A stretch of DNA of 32,000 bases from an uncultured Chloroflexia bacterium (GTDB lineage: Bacteria; Chloroflexota; Anaerolineae; Anaerolineales; Anaerolineaceae), in assembly GCA_963704755.1 (NCBI GenBank), contig OY969938.1, forward strand, positions 540,001 through 572,000, in the 5' to 3' direction. The translations under genes were made by a program, and so were the position numbers. Positions 1-10,396 of the stretch are shown here, in pieces. Position 1 is the first letter of the stretch. Each line of letters starts with the position of its first letter. Below the pieces are notes generated by a model that was not told the DNA's origin, made no database searches, and saw nothing but the letters and a program-made list of their open reading frames with translations.

Positions 1-225
1 AGGCGCATCGCCGGAGCACCTGGCGTTCGGTTTCAATAGCGTAGTGCCATTGCTTCTTGCATTGCCTGGAGCGCCAATTTAAACGGCTTTTTGGATAAAA
101 AAACCTATACCCACCCAAAAGCTGGCATGTAAATCGAAATTTCCCTTTTCCAGGTACGCTAAAACGGCACCTTACGAATAATTCGATTTAGTTGGAATCG
201 ATGGTTACCCCATTTGTTTATAATG

Positions 226-1116
226 TTATTTCTTTTCATCTTTATTGACAACTGCCGAGACAATGGCGATATCTGTTGGGACTGTTCGGCTGGCATTCGG
301 ACCGGTAAAATAGCGCTGTTTTAATACATCCAGCGGCATGTTGCGTACATCCTGAAAACCCCGTTGGATCAGAAACTGCTCTACCTGGTCGTGGTCAATC
401 CCAAACAAATATTCTTCTCCACTCATCTTGCCTGCCCGCTTTAGCGCCTTACCATAACTGTTGTTGGGATTTTTAAAGATGTCGTTATCCATGTAATCAA
501 AGATCACGCTGCTTCCCCGCCCAGCATGATGGGTGATAAAGTCAAGGGTGGAGTCCACCGCTTGCGCTTTCAGGAAGTAGGTCACCCCCTGCCAGATAAA
601 CATGGTTCTGGCTTGCTCGTTATAGCCGCCGCTTTGCAGGCGTTCAGCGAGTGATTGGGTATTAAAATCTATCGGGAGGAAGGTGACATTCTCAGGGAGG
701 GGATCGATCACCTTTTTCAACCCATTCAGCTTAACAGCCTGGGTCGCAGGGTAATCGAGTTCGAACACGTGGGCTTTCTCGATCCCGGGGATGCGGTAAG
801 GGCGGGTATCAAAACCTGCCCCTAAAAGGACGACCTGGTCAAGCCCTTCTGACAGGCTTGTTTTCAAGCAATCATCGATATAGCGTTCACGAACGACAAT
901 AAACCCCTGCGCACCCGGCCCCATGCGTTCATATAAACCGCTATCCACGATCAGTTTAACCAGAAAATAGGAAACGGTAGGAACAAACGCACGGGCATAC
1001 GGATCGTTACAAATCCGCCGGGTTTCCGGTTTTTGAGATTCAATGGCGCGGAATAAGGCTATCCCTAGAGCTGATTGACTGGATTGGTCCTGCTTCATGA
1101 GAAAACTCGCTTTCAT
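226..1116 (-). CDS. class I SAM-dependent O-methyltransferase, leucine carboxyl methyltransferase (LCM)/TcmP-like family
   Basis: 296-aa ORF. SAM-binding block VVLLGAGFDTRPYR, then FELDYP and IWQGVTYFL, a pattern I associate with the LCM-type family. Divergent from a TetR gene. Confidence 0.8.
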   Translation of the reverse strand: MKASFLMKQDQSSQSALGIALFRAIESQKPETRRICNDPYARAFVPTVSYFLVKLIVDSGLYERMGPGAQGFIVVRERYIDDCLKTSLSEGLDQVVLLGAGFDTRPYRIPGIEKAHVFELDYPATQAVKLNGLKKVIDPLPENVTFLPIDFNTQSLAERLQSGGYNEQARTMFIWQGVTYFLKAQAVDSTLDFITHHAGRGSSVIFDYMDNDIFKNPNNSYGKALKRAGKMSGEEYLFGIDHDQVEQFLIQRGFQDVRNMPLDVLKQRYFTGPNASRTVPTDIAIVSAVVNKDEKK

Positions 1117-1123
1117 GCCAACA

Positions 1124-1194
1124 TTATGAAATATTTATTCGTTGGATTTCATTATATTTCTTCAGATCAGGTATGTCAATGATTTTATGAAATA
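1124..1194. promoter_or_regulatory. candidate TetR operator / divergent promoter region
   Basis: AT-rich 157-nt divergent intergenic region. The 10-mer TTATGAAATA occurs at 1124-1133 and 1185-1194, with an inverted half-site ATTTCAT at 1146-1152 (ATGAAAT-13 nt-ATTTCAT). Confidence 0.3.
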
Positions 1195-1273
1195 AAGCAG
1201 TGCGGAATTTCAAAATCCATGTTATTCTTAAAACAAATAACTTGTTCAGGCATGAAGATATGGAATAAGAAAA

Positions 1274-1891
1274 ATGAACGAAACTGCAAACAGCTCAGAA
1301 GGTTCAAAGATCAACGGATATCAGCGCCGCAGTGAAAATAAGATGAAGAGCATCCTCCTGGCGGCGTTCGAGCTTTTTTCCAACCGCGGGTTTAATGACG
1401 TCACCATAGCGGAAATTGCCGGCAAGGCCGAGGTATCCCAGGTCAGCATCTATAATTATTTTCAGAGTAAAGAAAACCTTGTGCGCCAGACAATTTTTGC
1501 GTTTATGGATGAAACGATGAAGGAAACCGAGCAGGTCTTGGAGAGCGAAATTCCATTCTATGAGAAGTTGGAAAGATTGTTCTTCATAACCGAAGAGGCA
1601 ACAACCCAGGCAAGCCCGGAGTTCCTGCTCTCCGCAATAGGCAACGATCCACTGATGCGCCGGCTGATGGAAGAGTATTATCACGAACGGACAGAGCCGT
1701 TCATTATGCGCATGATCGAGCAAGGGAAAAACCAGGGCGCCATCAGCCGTGATCTGTCGAGCGATTCTATCCGCCTTTACATCCAGGCACTGCAAGGTTT
1801 ATTGGCGCAGCCCGGTTTATCCCACCAGGCAAGGCTCGATATTAACGCACTCTTTTTTTATGGTCTTCAGGGGAAAAAGGCAATGAGTTGA
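1274..1891 (+). CDS. TetR/AcrR family transcriptional regulator
   Basis: 205-aa ORF. N-terminal HTH FELFSNRGFNDVTIAEIAGKAEVSQVSIYNYFQSKENL is a typical TetR_N signature, followed by a helical C-terminal ligand domain. Confidence 0.85.
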   Translation: MNETANSSEGSKINGYQRRSENKMKSILLAAFELFSNRGFNDVTIAEIAGKAEVSQVSIYNYFQSKENLVRQTIFAFMDETMKETEQVLESEIPFYEKLERLFFITEEATTQASPEFLLSAIGNDPLMRRLMEEYYHERTEPFIMRMIEQGKNQGAISRDLSSDSIRLYIQALQGLLAQPGLSHQARLDINALFFYGLQGKKAMS

Positions 1892-1997
1892 TGAGGCAAC
1901 GAGGCAATGAGGCGATTAGGGAGGAGGATAAAAACACCGAATCACCGTAACACCGCATCACCCTGACACCCCCCCACTTGACCCCTGACGCAATATT

Positions 1998-3182
1998 TTA
2001 TACCGCACACACCAGCCCTTTCAAATACGTTCCCTCCGGGAAATTCAACGCGACCGGGTGATCGGGGCCCTGGTGGAGGGTTTCGAGGATGCGCGCATCC
2101 ACCCCGGCGTCCAGGGCGGCCCCGGCTACGATCTTCTGGAACAGGTCGGCCGAAATACCGCCTGAACAGGAAAACGTGACCAGCAATCCGCCCGGCCGCA
2201 GCAGCTTGAAGCCTAACAAGTTGATGTCCTTATACCCGCGGGCGGCCCGCTCCGCCTGGGCAGCCGTCGGCGCAAACTTGGGCGGGTCCAAAACGATCAG
2301 GTCGAAGCTGCGCCGTGAGTCACGGAACGAGCGTAGTACGTGCCCCACGTCCCCCTTGATAATCTCCTGCTCGGCCGGCAGACTATTGAGGGCCAGATTC
2401 TGCGGCACCTGCCGCAGGGCATCCTCGGACGAATCGATCGAGGTGACCCGGGTTGCGCCGCCGGCCAGGGCATACGCCGAAAAACCACCGGTATAACAGA
2501 AGCAGTTCAGCACCTCGCGGCCGGCGCACAATTCGCGCACCCGCTGGCGGTTGCGGCGCTGGTCGACGTAAAAGCCGGTTTTTTGCCCGGCCAGCACGTC
2601 CACGCCGAACTTCAAGCCGTTCTCGCAAATCTCCACTTTGCCATCGAAAGCCGGGCCATAGACCTGCCCATTCCGTTCCGGCAGGCCCTCCAGCGTGCGC
2701 ACTTCGGCATCGGATCGCTCGACGATCTGGGTTACGTTTGGCAGCCCGGCAAGGATTTGAAAGATCTGCTCCCGCCAGCGCTCCGCCCCGGCCGTCAGCA
2801 ACTGCACCGACAGCACATCCCGGTAGCGGTCCACGATCAAACCCGGCAGCCCATCCGATTCGGCATGAACCAGGCGCAGCGCATCTGTCTCGCCCGCCGG
2901 AATGACCTGCTCGCGCAGCCGGACCGCCGCCAGGATCCGTCTTTGGAAGAATTCCACATCGATGGGTTCGTCCGCAGCAAAAGTCCACATGCGTGCCCGG
3001 ATCGATGAACTGGGGCTGTAAGCCGCCTGGCCCAATACTTCCCCCCTGGCCGACAGTACCATGACCGTTTCGCCGCTGGCCGGTTCCCCTTCCACCCGGG
3101 CAATTGCCCCTGAAAAAATCCACGGGTGGCGTAATAGCAGGCTTTTTTCACGGCCCGGTTTGAGAATAATGCTCGAGTCCAC
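1998..3182 (-). CDS. rlmI: 23S rRNA (cytosine-C5)-methyltransferase RlmI
   Basis: 394 aa, colinear with E. coli RlmI as I recall it. Motifs: LKPGREKSLLLRHPWIFSGAI (PUA-like N-terminus), ESDGLPGLIVDRY, motif I VLNCFCYTGGFS, motif IV DLIVLDPPKFA, and C-terminal PEGTYLKG. Confidence 0.88.
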   Translation of the reverse strand: MDSSIILKPGREKSLLLRHPWIFSGAIARVEGEPASGETVMVLSARGEVLGQAAYSPSSSIRARMWTFAADEPIDVEFFQRRILAAVRLREQVIPAGETDALRLVHAESDGLPGLIVDRYRDVLSVQLLTAGAERWREQIFQILAGLPNVTQIVERSDAEVRTLEGLPERNGQVYGPAFDGKVEICENGLKFGVDVLAGQKTGFYVDQRRNRQRVRELCAGREVLNCFCYTGGFSAYALAGGATRVTSIDSSEDALRQVPQNLALNSLPAEQEIIKGDVGHVLRSFRDSRRSFDLIVLDPPKFAPTAAQAERAARGYKDINLLGFKLLRPGGLLVTFSCSGGISADLFQKIVAGAALDAGVDARILETLHQGPDHPVALNFPEGTYLKGLVCAV

Positions 3183-3217
3183 TCAGCAAACTCCATTCAT
3201 TGTGGAAAGTTGTTATA

Positions 3218-3250
3218 GATGGAGGCAGAAACCAAACCTCTGCCTCCATC
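3218..3250 (-). terminator. hairpin downstream of ligA (12-bp stem, 9-nt loop)
   Basis: GATGGAGGCAGA-aaccaaacc-TCTGCCTCCATC lies 60 nt past the ligA stop on the transcribed strand. Confidence 0.5.
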
Positions 3251-3281
3251 GAAGGCACCCACACCTGTAACGCATTTATTG

Positions 3282-5394
<2,113 letters not shown>

Positions 5395-5574
5395 CTATCT
5401 CTGTACACAACTAAATCGCCTTTTTCCCGTATAATTAAACAGTAGTTTTTGTGTGTGATTTTTGGGAGCAAAGCCGTAAAAACCACACACAAAAATAAAC
5501 TGTTAGCAAACTGGCCTTAATCATAAATCATCTGAGATAGGACACCTCGGACAAAACACATGATTTTTGTCAAA

Positions 5575-5603
5575 TTGTCACCATCCCGGGTTGATGCTAC
5601 ACT
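5575..5603 (+). promoter_or_regulatory. candidate sigma70-type promoter for the 5.6-11.1 kb unit
   Basis: TTGTCA (5575-5580), 17-nt spacer, TACACT (5598-5603). TTGTCA is itself duplicated (TTGTCAaaTTGTCA). Confidence 0.3.
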
Positions 5604-5624
5604 ATTTTGTAAGCGGAGGTGATT

Positions 5625-5987
5625 GTGAAAGCCGGAAAACTGATTCTGTATATCGTTGCAGGTATCCTGATCTTCTTCGGTGTCCTGTTCATCTGGGGGG
5701 CCACCGGCGATCAGGGGAATATGGCCTGGATACCGGTTGGAATCATTACGGTCGCCATCGGCCTGATTCTGATTTATTTTGCTTCGCGCAGGCCCGCCGT
5801 GCCTGACCAGACCAACGTCACTTTGAAAGTCGATTTACCTGGGAATGTCGGCATGGATGCGATAAAATGCAAGTCTTGCGGGGGTACGTTGGGGCCTGAG
5901 GACATCAAAATGGTCGCGGGGGCGCCGGTGGTGACATGTCCATATTGCCATACCACTTACCAACTTACCGAAGAACCAAAATGGTAA
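5625..5987 (+). CDS. small membrane protein with C-terminal zinc ribbon
   Basis: GTG at 5625 lies 5 nt after GGAGG (5615-5619); the track start at 5619 overlaps the SD. Two hydrophobic helices (LILYIVAGILIFFGVLFIWGA, WIPVGIITVAIGLILIYFA) precede CKSC-x19-CPYC. Confidence 0.6.
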   Translation: MKAGKLILYIVAGILIFFGVLFIWGATGDQGNMAWIPVGIITVAIGLILIYFASRRPAVPDQTNVTLKVDLPGNVGMDAIKCKSCGGTLGPEDIKMVAGAPVVTCPYCHTTYQLTEEPKW

Positions 5988-6106
5988 TTAAATCGTTTTC
6001 ATCAGAGATCTGAAAGCGGGAAGCCTTTCCCCGAACAGGATTTACTCGAAAGTTACCCATATCTACCAATAAAAAAATAATTTCGACACCCTTCAGGGAG
6101 GGATCA

Positions 6107-7801
6107 ATGCGAAAAATTTATCCGTTATGGGCCTTGCTGCTTATTCTGCTGCTGGCTCTCCAGGTTGCGCCGGCTAACGCCCAAAACCTGGATTTTCAAG
6201 TGCCTCAACAGAACATTCAGGCCATCGTCAACTCCGATGGGACCCTTTCTCTGGACTACACTATCGTTTTTGCCAATAGCGCTTCCGGCGATGTCATCGA
6301 CATTGTGGATGTTGGTATGCCGAATTACGACTACGAAATCAGCTCGATGAGCGCCGAAATCGATGGTTACGCCGCAGAGGAAATCCTCGACTCTGAATAC
6401 GTCCACCCCGGTATCGAAGTCCACCTGGGTTCGCACAGCATCCAACCTGGCCAAACGGGCACACTGCACCTGCATGTCGGTACAGTCAAGAACGTCATTG
6501 GTCAATCGACGCTGGAAGAGTCCGAGCCTTATGCCAGCCTGGTCTTCAGCCCCAATTATTTCGACAGCAGTCTCGTCTCGGGTAAAACTGATTACACTGT
6601 TTCGCTGATCCTTCCGGCCGGGATGACTGCCGAAGAGCCGCGTTATCACAACCCCAGCAGCAACTGGCCGGGGGCTGACGCCGCTACCGCTTCGTTCGAC
6701 AGCCAGGGACGGGTTGTATATACCTGGACTTCCACCGACGCGTCCAGCGGCAAGGCTTACATATTCGGCGCCAGTTTTCCGGAACGGCTGGTTCCCATAA
6801 CCTCGGTCGTCGCCACCGAAACCCCCAACAACCGTACCATCGACACCAGCGGGATCTTTGGCTGCCTGTGTGTGGTGGGAATTTTGGGCCTTTTCACCGC
6901 ATTAGGGGTGGTTTCAGCCAACGCCAATAAGAAACGCCGTTTGCAATACCTGCCTCCCAAGATTTCAGTCGAAGGACATGGCATTAAACGCGGCCTGACC
7001 GCGGTCGAAGCTGCTATTCTGATGCAGACCCCGCTCGATAAGGTCATGACCATGGTCTTGTTCTCTACCTTAAAAAAGGAAGCCGCAACGGTAGAAACGC
7101 GTGACCCGCTTAAGCTGACCATCGCCGACCCGCTGCCCGAAGGCTTACAGCCTTACGAAGTCCTGTTCTTGACCGCCTTTAAAGAAACAAACGACAAAGT
7201 CCGCAAAGAAAAACTTCAGGACATGACCATCTCCCTGGTCAAGTCGGTCCAGGAAAAGATGAAGGGCTTTAGCCGTAAGGAGACCATCGACTATTACCAG
7301 GCAATCACCGAGAAGGCCTGGACGCAGGTAACCTCTGCAGACACCCCCGAGGTCAAATCGCAAGCCTACGAGCAGGTCATGGACTGGACCATGCTGGACC
7401 ATCAATGGGAAGATCGCACACGCACCACCCTGGGATCCGGACCGGTATTTGTGCCGACCTGGTGGTGGCGTTACGATCCGGTCGTGCGTGGTACTCAATT
7501 TGGCGGTGGCGTAGCTCATACGGCCGCGCCGGCCGGGATGCCATCCGCGGGTGGGCAGATCTCTATGCCCAAGCTGCCCGGCTCTGATTTTGCCGCCTCG
7601 ATGGTCAATGGGGTGCAAACGTTCTCGGCCGGGGTTATCGGCGGTGTGACCAACTTCACCAGCAACATCACCAACCGCACCAACCCGCTCCCCAAGCCAA
7701 GCAGCAGCTCATCCGGAGGCCACTTTGGCGGCGGCGGTGGTTGTGCCTGCGCATGTGCCTGCGCCGGTTGCGCCTGTGCCTGTGCCGGTGGCGGCCGCTA
7801 A
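6107..7801 (+). CDS. DUF2207-like membrane protein with C-terminal Ser/Gly linker and Cys-Ala repeat tail
   Basis: GGAGGG SD. Signal peptide ending APANA/QN, a ~230-aa beta-rich ectodomain, a TM helix (IFGCLCVVGILGLFTALGVVSA) followed by NANKKRR, then a soluble region (GLTAVEAAILMQTPLDKVMTMVLFSTLKK). It ends SSSSSGGHFGGGGGCACACACAGCACACAGGGR. The DUF2207 assignment is from memory of that family's architecture. Confidence 0.75.
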   Translation: MRKIYPLWALLLILLLALQVAPANAQNLDFQVPQQNIQAIVNSDGTLSLDYTIVFANSASGDVIDIVDVGMPNYDYEISSMSAEIDGYAAEEILDSEYVHPGIEVHLGSHSIQPGQTGTLHLHVGTVKNVIGQSTLEESEPYASLVFSPNYFDSSLVSGKTDYTVSLILPAGMTAEEPRYHNPSSNWPGADAATASFDSQGRVVYTWTSTDASSGKAYIFGASFPERLVPITSVVATETPNNRTIDTSGIFGCLCVVGILGLFTALGVVSANANKKRRLQYLPPKISVEGHGIKRGLTAVEAAILMQTPLDKVMTMVLFSTLKKEAATVETRDPLKLTIADPLPEGLQPYEVLFLTAFKETNDKVRKEKLQDMTISLVKSVQEKMKGFSRKETIDYYQAITEKAWTQVTSADTPEVKSQAYEQVMDWTMLDHQWEDRTRTTLGSGPVFVPTWWWRYDPVVRGTQFGGGVAHTAAPAGMPSAGGQISMPKLPGSDFAASMVNGVQTFSAGVIGGVTNFTSNITNRTNPLPKPSSSSSGGHFGGGGGCACACACAGCACACAGGGR

Positions 7802-9196
7802 ATGAAAGGTCGTTTTGTGACTGTTTCACCCAGGCGATTTTTATCGAAAATCTTTCCCGCTTCACCCGAAAAAGGCGCAGGTCCGCTGCCTGCGCCTGGT
7901 TTGTTCCATTTTCTACGCCAGAACGGTCCTGAAAAAGCACGGATTCACCTGCGCCTCGACCCGGACGGTACCGGTACGCTGCTGATCAACGCCAGCCGGA
8001 TCTTTCACCTCAACCCGACGGCAGCGCACATGGCTTACCTGAATTTAAATGAAATCCCTGAAGACCAGGTGATCGATCGTTTAACCAGGACATACAAGAT
8101 CAAACGCGAACAGGCCCGGGCCGACTACCTGGCATTGTCCAGCCAGCTCGATGAGCTCGTCCGCCCGGATGGCGCCTGCCCAATCTGTGATCTCGACCTG
8201 GAAACGACTGCACCGTTTTCGGCCCGGCCCAACAGCCCCTATCGCATGGACCTGGCCCTCACTTACCGCTGTAACAACAATTGCAGCCACTGCTATAACG
8301 CCAGGTCACGCAGCTTCCCGGAGCTCGGCCTGGAACAATGGCTGGCTATCATCGACCGCTTATGGGAGATCGGTGTTCCCCATATCGTATTCACCGGCGG
8401 CGAGCCGACCCTCTCGCGCTACCTGCCCGAGCTGATCGCTCACGCTGAAAAGAACGGGCAGATCACCGGGATCAATACCAACGGCCGCCGGTTGAAAGAC
8501 CCTGATTTCGTTCAAAAGCTGGTCGATGCCGGCCTGGATCACGCTCAAATCACGCTGGAATCGCATATCCCGGCCATTCACGACCAGATGGTCGCCGCAC
8601 CCGGCGCCTGGCAGGACACCATCCAGGGGTTGAAAAACGTTTTGGCCACCCGCTTGTTCGTGATGACCAACACGACCTTGTTGCAAAATAATTCGCCTTA
8701 CCTGGCCGATACGCTCGACTTCCTGGCCGGCCATGGCGTACCCACCGTCGGACTGAATGCGCTGATCTACTCGGGCAAGGGCGCCAATGTCAACACCGGC
8801 CTGCCGGCTGCGGACCTGCCTGCCCTGTTGGAAATCGCCCGGGCCAAAACAGCCCAATCCGGGCAGCGGCTGATCTGGTACACACCTACCGAATACTGCC
8901 ACTTCGATCCTGTCCTGCTCGAGCTGGGCGTCAAGGGCTGCACCGCTGCCTTGTACAATATGTGCATCGAACCGGATGGCAGTGTTTTACCCTGCCAATC
9001 CTATTACACCCCCCTGGGGAACATGCTCGAAACACCCTGGGAGCAAATCTGGAATCATGATTTGGCCGTTTCTTTGCGCGAACGGCGTAATCTGCCTGAA
9101 AAATGTAACGCCTGTGAACTGATCAGCGAATGTGGCGGGGGTTGCCCGCTCGAACGCCAGGCCCACGCTGAAACTGTATCATCTGCTCAGGATTAA
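7802..9196 (+). CDS. radical SAM/SPASM domain enzyme with N-terminal PqqD-like (RRE) domain
   Basis: The ATG immediately follows the upstream TAA. CxxxCxxC = CNNNCSHC (Cys157/161/164), GGE motif VFTGGEPTL, SPASM motif CNACELISECGGGC (Cx2Cx5Cx3C) plus 4 further upstream Cys. The N-terminal segment GTLLINASRIFHLNPTAAHMAYLNLNEIPEDQVIDRLTRTYKIKREQARADYLALSSQLDELV is PqqD-like. Confidence 0.9.
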   Translation: MKGRFVTVSPRRFLSKIFPASPEKGAGPLPAPGLFHFLRQNGPEKARIHLRLDPDGTGTLLINASRIFHLNPTAAHMAYLNLNEIPEDQVIDRLTRTYKIKREQARADYLALSSQLDELVRPDGACPICDLDLETTAPFSARPNSPYRMDLALTYRCNNNCSHCYNARSRSFPELGLEQWLAIIDRLWEIGVPHIVFTGGEPTLSRYLPELIAHAEKNGQITGINTNGRRLKDPDFVQKLVDAGLDHAQITLESHIPAIHDQMVAAPGAWQDTIQGLKNVLATRLFVMTNTTLLQNNSPYLADTLDFLAGHGVPTVGLNALIYSGKGANVNTGLPAADLPALLEIARAKTAQSGQRLIWYTPTEYCHFDPVLLELGVKGCTAALYNMCIEPDGSVLPCQSYYTPLGNMLETPWEQIWNHDLAVSLRERRNLPEKCNACELISECGGGCPLERQAHAETVSSAQD

Positions 9197-9223
9197 TCAC
9201 CTTTCCGATTTTCGGAGGTCACC

Positions 9224-10396
9224 ATGTTGGATAATCTTCGCAAACAATACAACCGGCTATTCAAACCGGCCCAACCGCTTCCATCCGGCATATACCATTA
9301 TCAGGCTCCACCTGATGCGCCTTTGCCATATCGCCTGCACCTGCGGGTCGATCCCAACAACGAAGGCATCCTGGTCGTCAACGCATCCACCGTGCTGCAT
9401 ATGAATGCCACTGCCTGCGAATATGCATATCATCTGATCAAAGGCAGCAGCGAAAAAGAGATCATACAAGATATTTCTTCGCGCTACCAAATTGACAAGC
9501 ATCAGGTTACGAAAGACTTTAAGATTTTCGAGGAACGCATCCGTTCTTTGATCGAATCGCCTGATCTGGACCCGGTCACTTTTCTGGATTTCGACCGGGA
9601 CGAAATTTATTCGGCCAACCTGAGCGCTCCCTTACGCCTGGACTGCGCGCTGACCTACCAGACTGTCGAAGACAAACCCGGAGAAAACACGCCGGTCGAG
9701 CGGGTGGACCATGAGTTGGTCACCGCCGAATGGATCCGTATCCTGGATAAGGCCTGGGAAGTGGGCATACCCCAGGCGGTGTTTACCGGCGGTGAACCCA
9801 CCTTGCGGCCGGATCTGGTGGACCTGGTCCAGCACACCGAGGACCTGGGTATGGTCGTCGGCATCCTCAGCGATGGACTGCGTTTTACCGATAACGAATT
9901 CCGCCACAGAATCCTGGCCGCCGGTTTGGACCACTTGATGCTGGTCCTGGACCCGGATAACGACCATTCCTGGGAAGCTTTGCGAGATACCCTGGCCGAG
10001 GACCTCTTCATCACCGTCCACCTGACCATTACTCCTGAGAACCAGGCGGATATACGCGGATTGATCTACAAACTCGCGGATATGGGCGTCAAATCCATCA
10101 GCCTGAGCGAGAGTGATCCCAGCCTGACGGCCACGTTGAATCAGGCCCGCGATCTGGCCGCTTTCCTGCAGGTCAGCCTGGTTTGGGATCTGCCGGTGCC
10201 CTATTCGCAGGCCAACCCGGTCAGCCTGGAATACGAAAAGATCGAAGATATCCCCCAGGGAGCCGGCAAAGCCTGGCTATACGTCGAGCCAGACGGAGAC
10301 GTTCTGCCGACCCAGGGTGTAACCACCGTGCTCGGCAATATGCTCACTGGTTCCTGGGATGCCATCTGGCAAAAGGCGCAAGAAACGGCCGCATGA
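9224..10396 (+). CDS. cluster-less paralog of the radical SAM/SPASM enzyme (pseudo-rSAM) with PqqD-like N-terminal domain
   Basis: GGAGG SD at 9214-9218. Alignable end to end with the 7802 gene: LHLRVDPNNEGILVVNAS vs IHLRLDPDGTGTLLINAS, VFTGGEPTL in both, and YVEPDGDVLPTQGVTTVLGNML vs CIEPDGSVLPCQSYYTPLGNML. CxxxCxxC is replaced by QTVEDKPGE, no SPASM cysteines remain, and the whole protein has only 2 Cys. Confidence 0.8.
   Translation: MLDNLRKQYNRLFKPAQPLPSGIYHYQAPPDAPLPYRLHLRVDPNNEGILVVNASTVLHMNATACEYAYHLIKGSSEKEIIQDISSRYQIDKHQVTKDFKIFEERIRSLIESPDLDPVTFLDFDRDEIYSANLSAPLRLDCALTYQTVEDKPGENTPVERVDHELVTAEWIRILDKAWEVGIPQAVFTGGEPTLRPDLVDLVQHTEDLGMVVGILSDGLRFTDNEFRHRILAAGLDHLMLVLDPDNDHSWEALRDTLAEDLFITVHLTITPENQADIRGLIYKLADMGVKSISLSESDPSLTATLNQARDLAAFLQVSLVWDLPVPYSQANPVSLEYEKIEDIPQGAGKAWLYVEPDGDVLPTQGVTTVLGNMLTGSWDAIWQKAQETAA

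Noticed and set aside
2089-3196. Several long ORFs (63-246 aa) on both strands overlapping rlmI
   Set aside because: Their products are Arg/Pro/Gly/Ala-rich low-complexity sequences typical of stop-poor alternative frames in GC-rich coding DNA. The rlmI frame has a full-length, motif-bearing product.
7742-7798. Equating the CA tail with the known ACGX-repeat peptide / rSAM system
   Set aside because: From memory, that system uses small peptides with Ala-Cys-Gly-Xaa repeats. Here the Cys spacing is 2, the carrier is a 564-aa membrane protein, and a pseudo-rSAM partner is present. It is at most an analogy, and I cannot test family membership without HMMs.
7668-7940. Minus-strand ORF encoding RHRHRHRRNRRRH
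   Set aside because: It is the reverse-complement reading of the TGY-GCN (Cys-Ala) repeat. It has no independent signals and overlaps two well-supported plus-strand genes.
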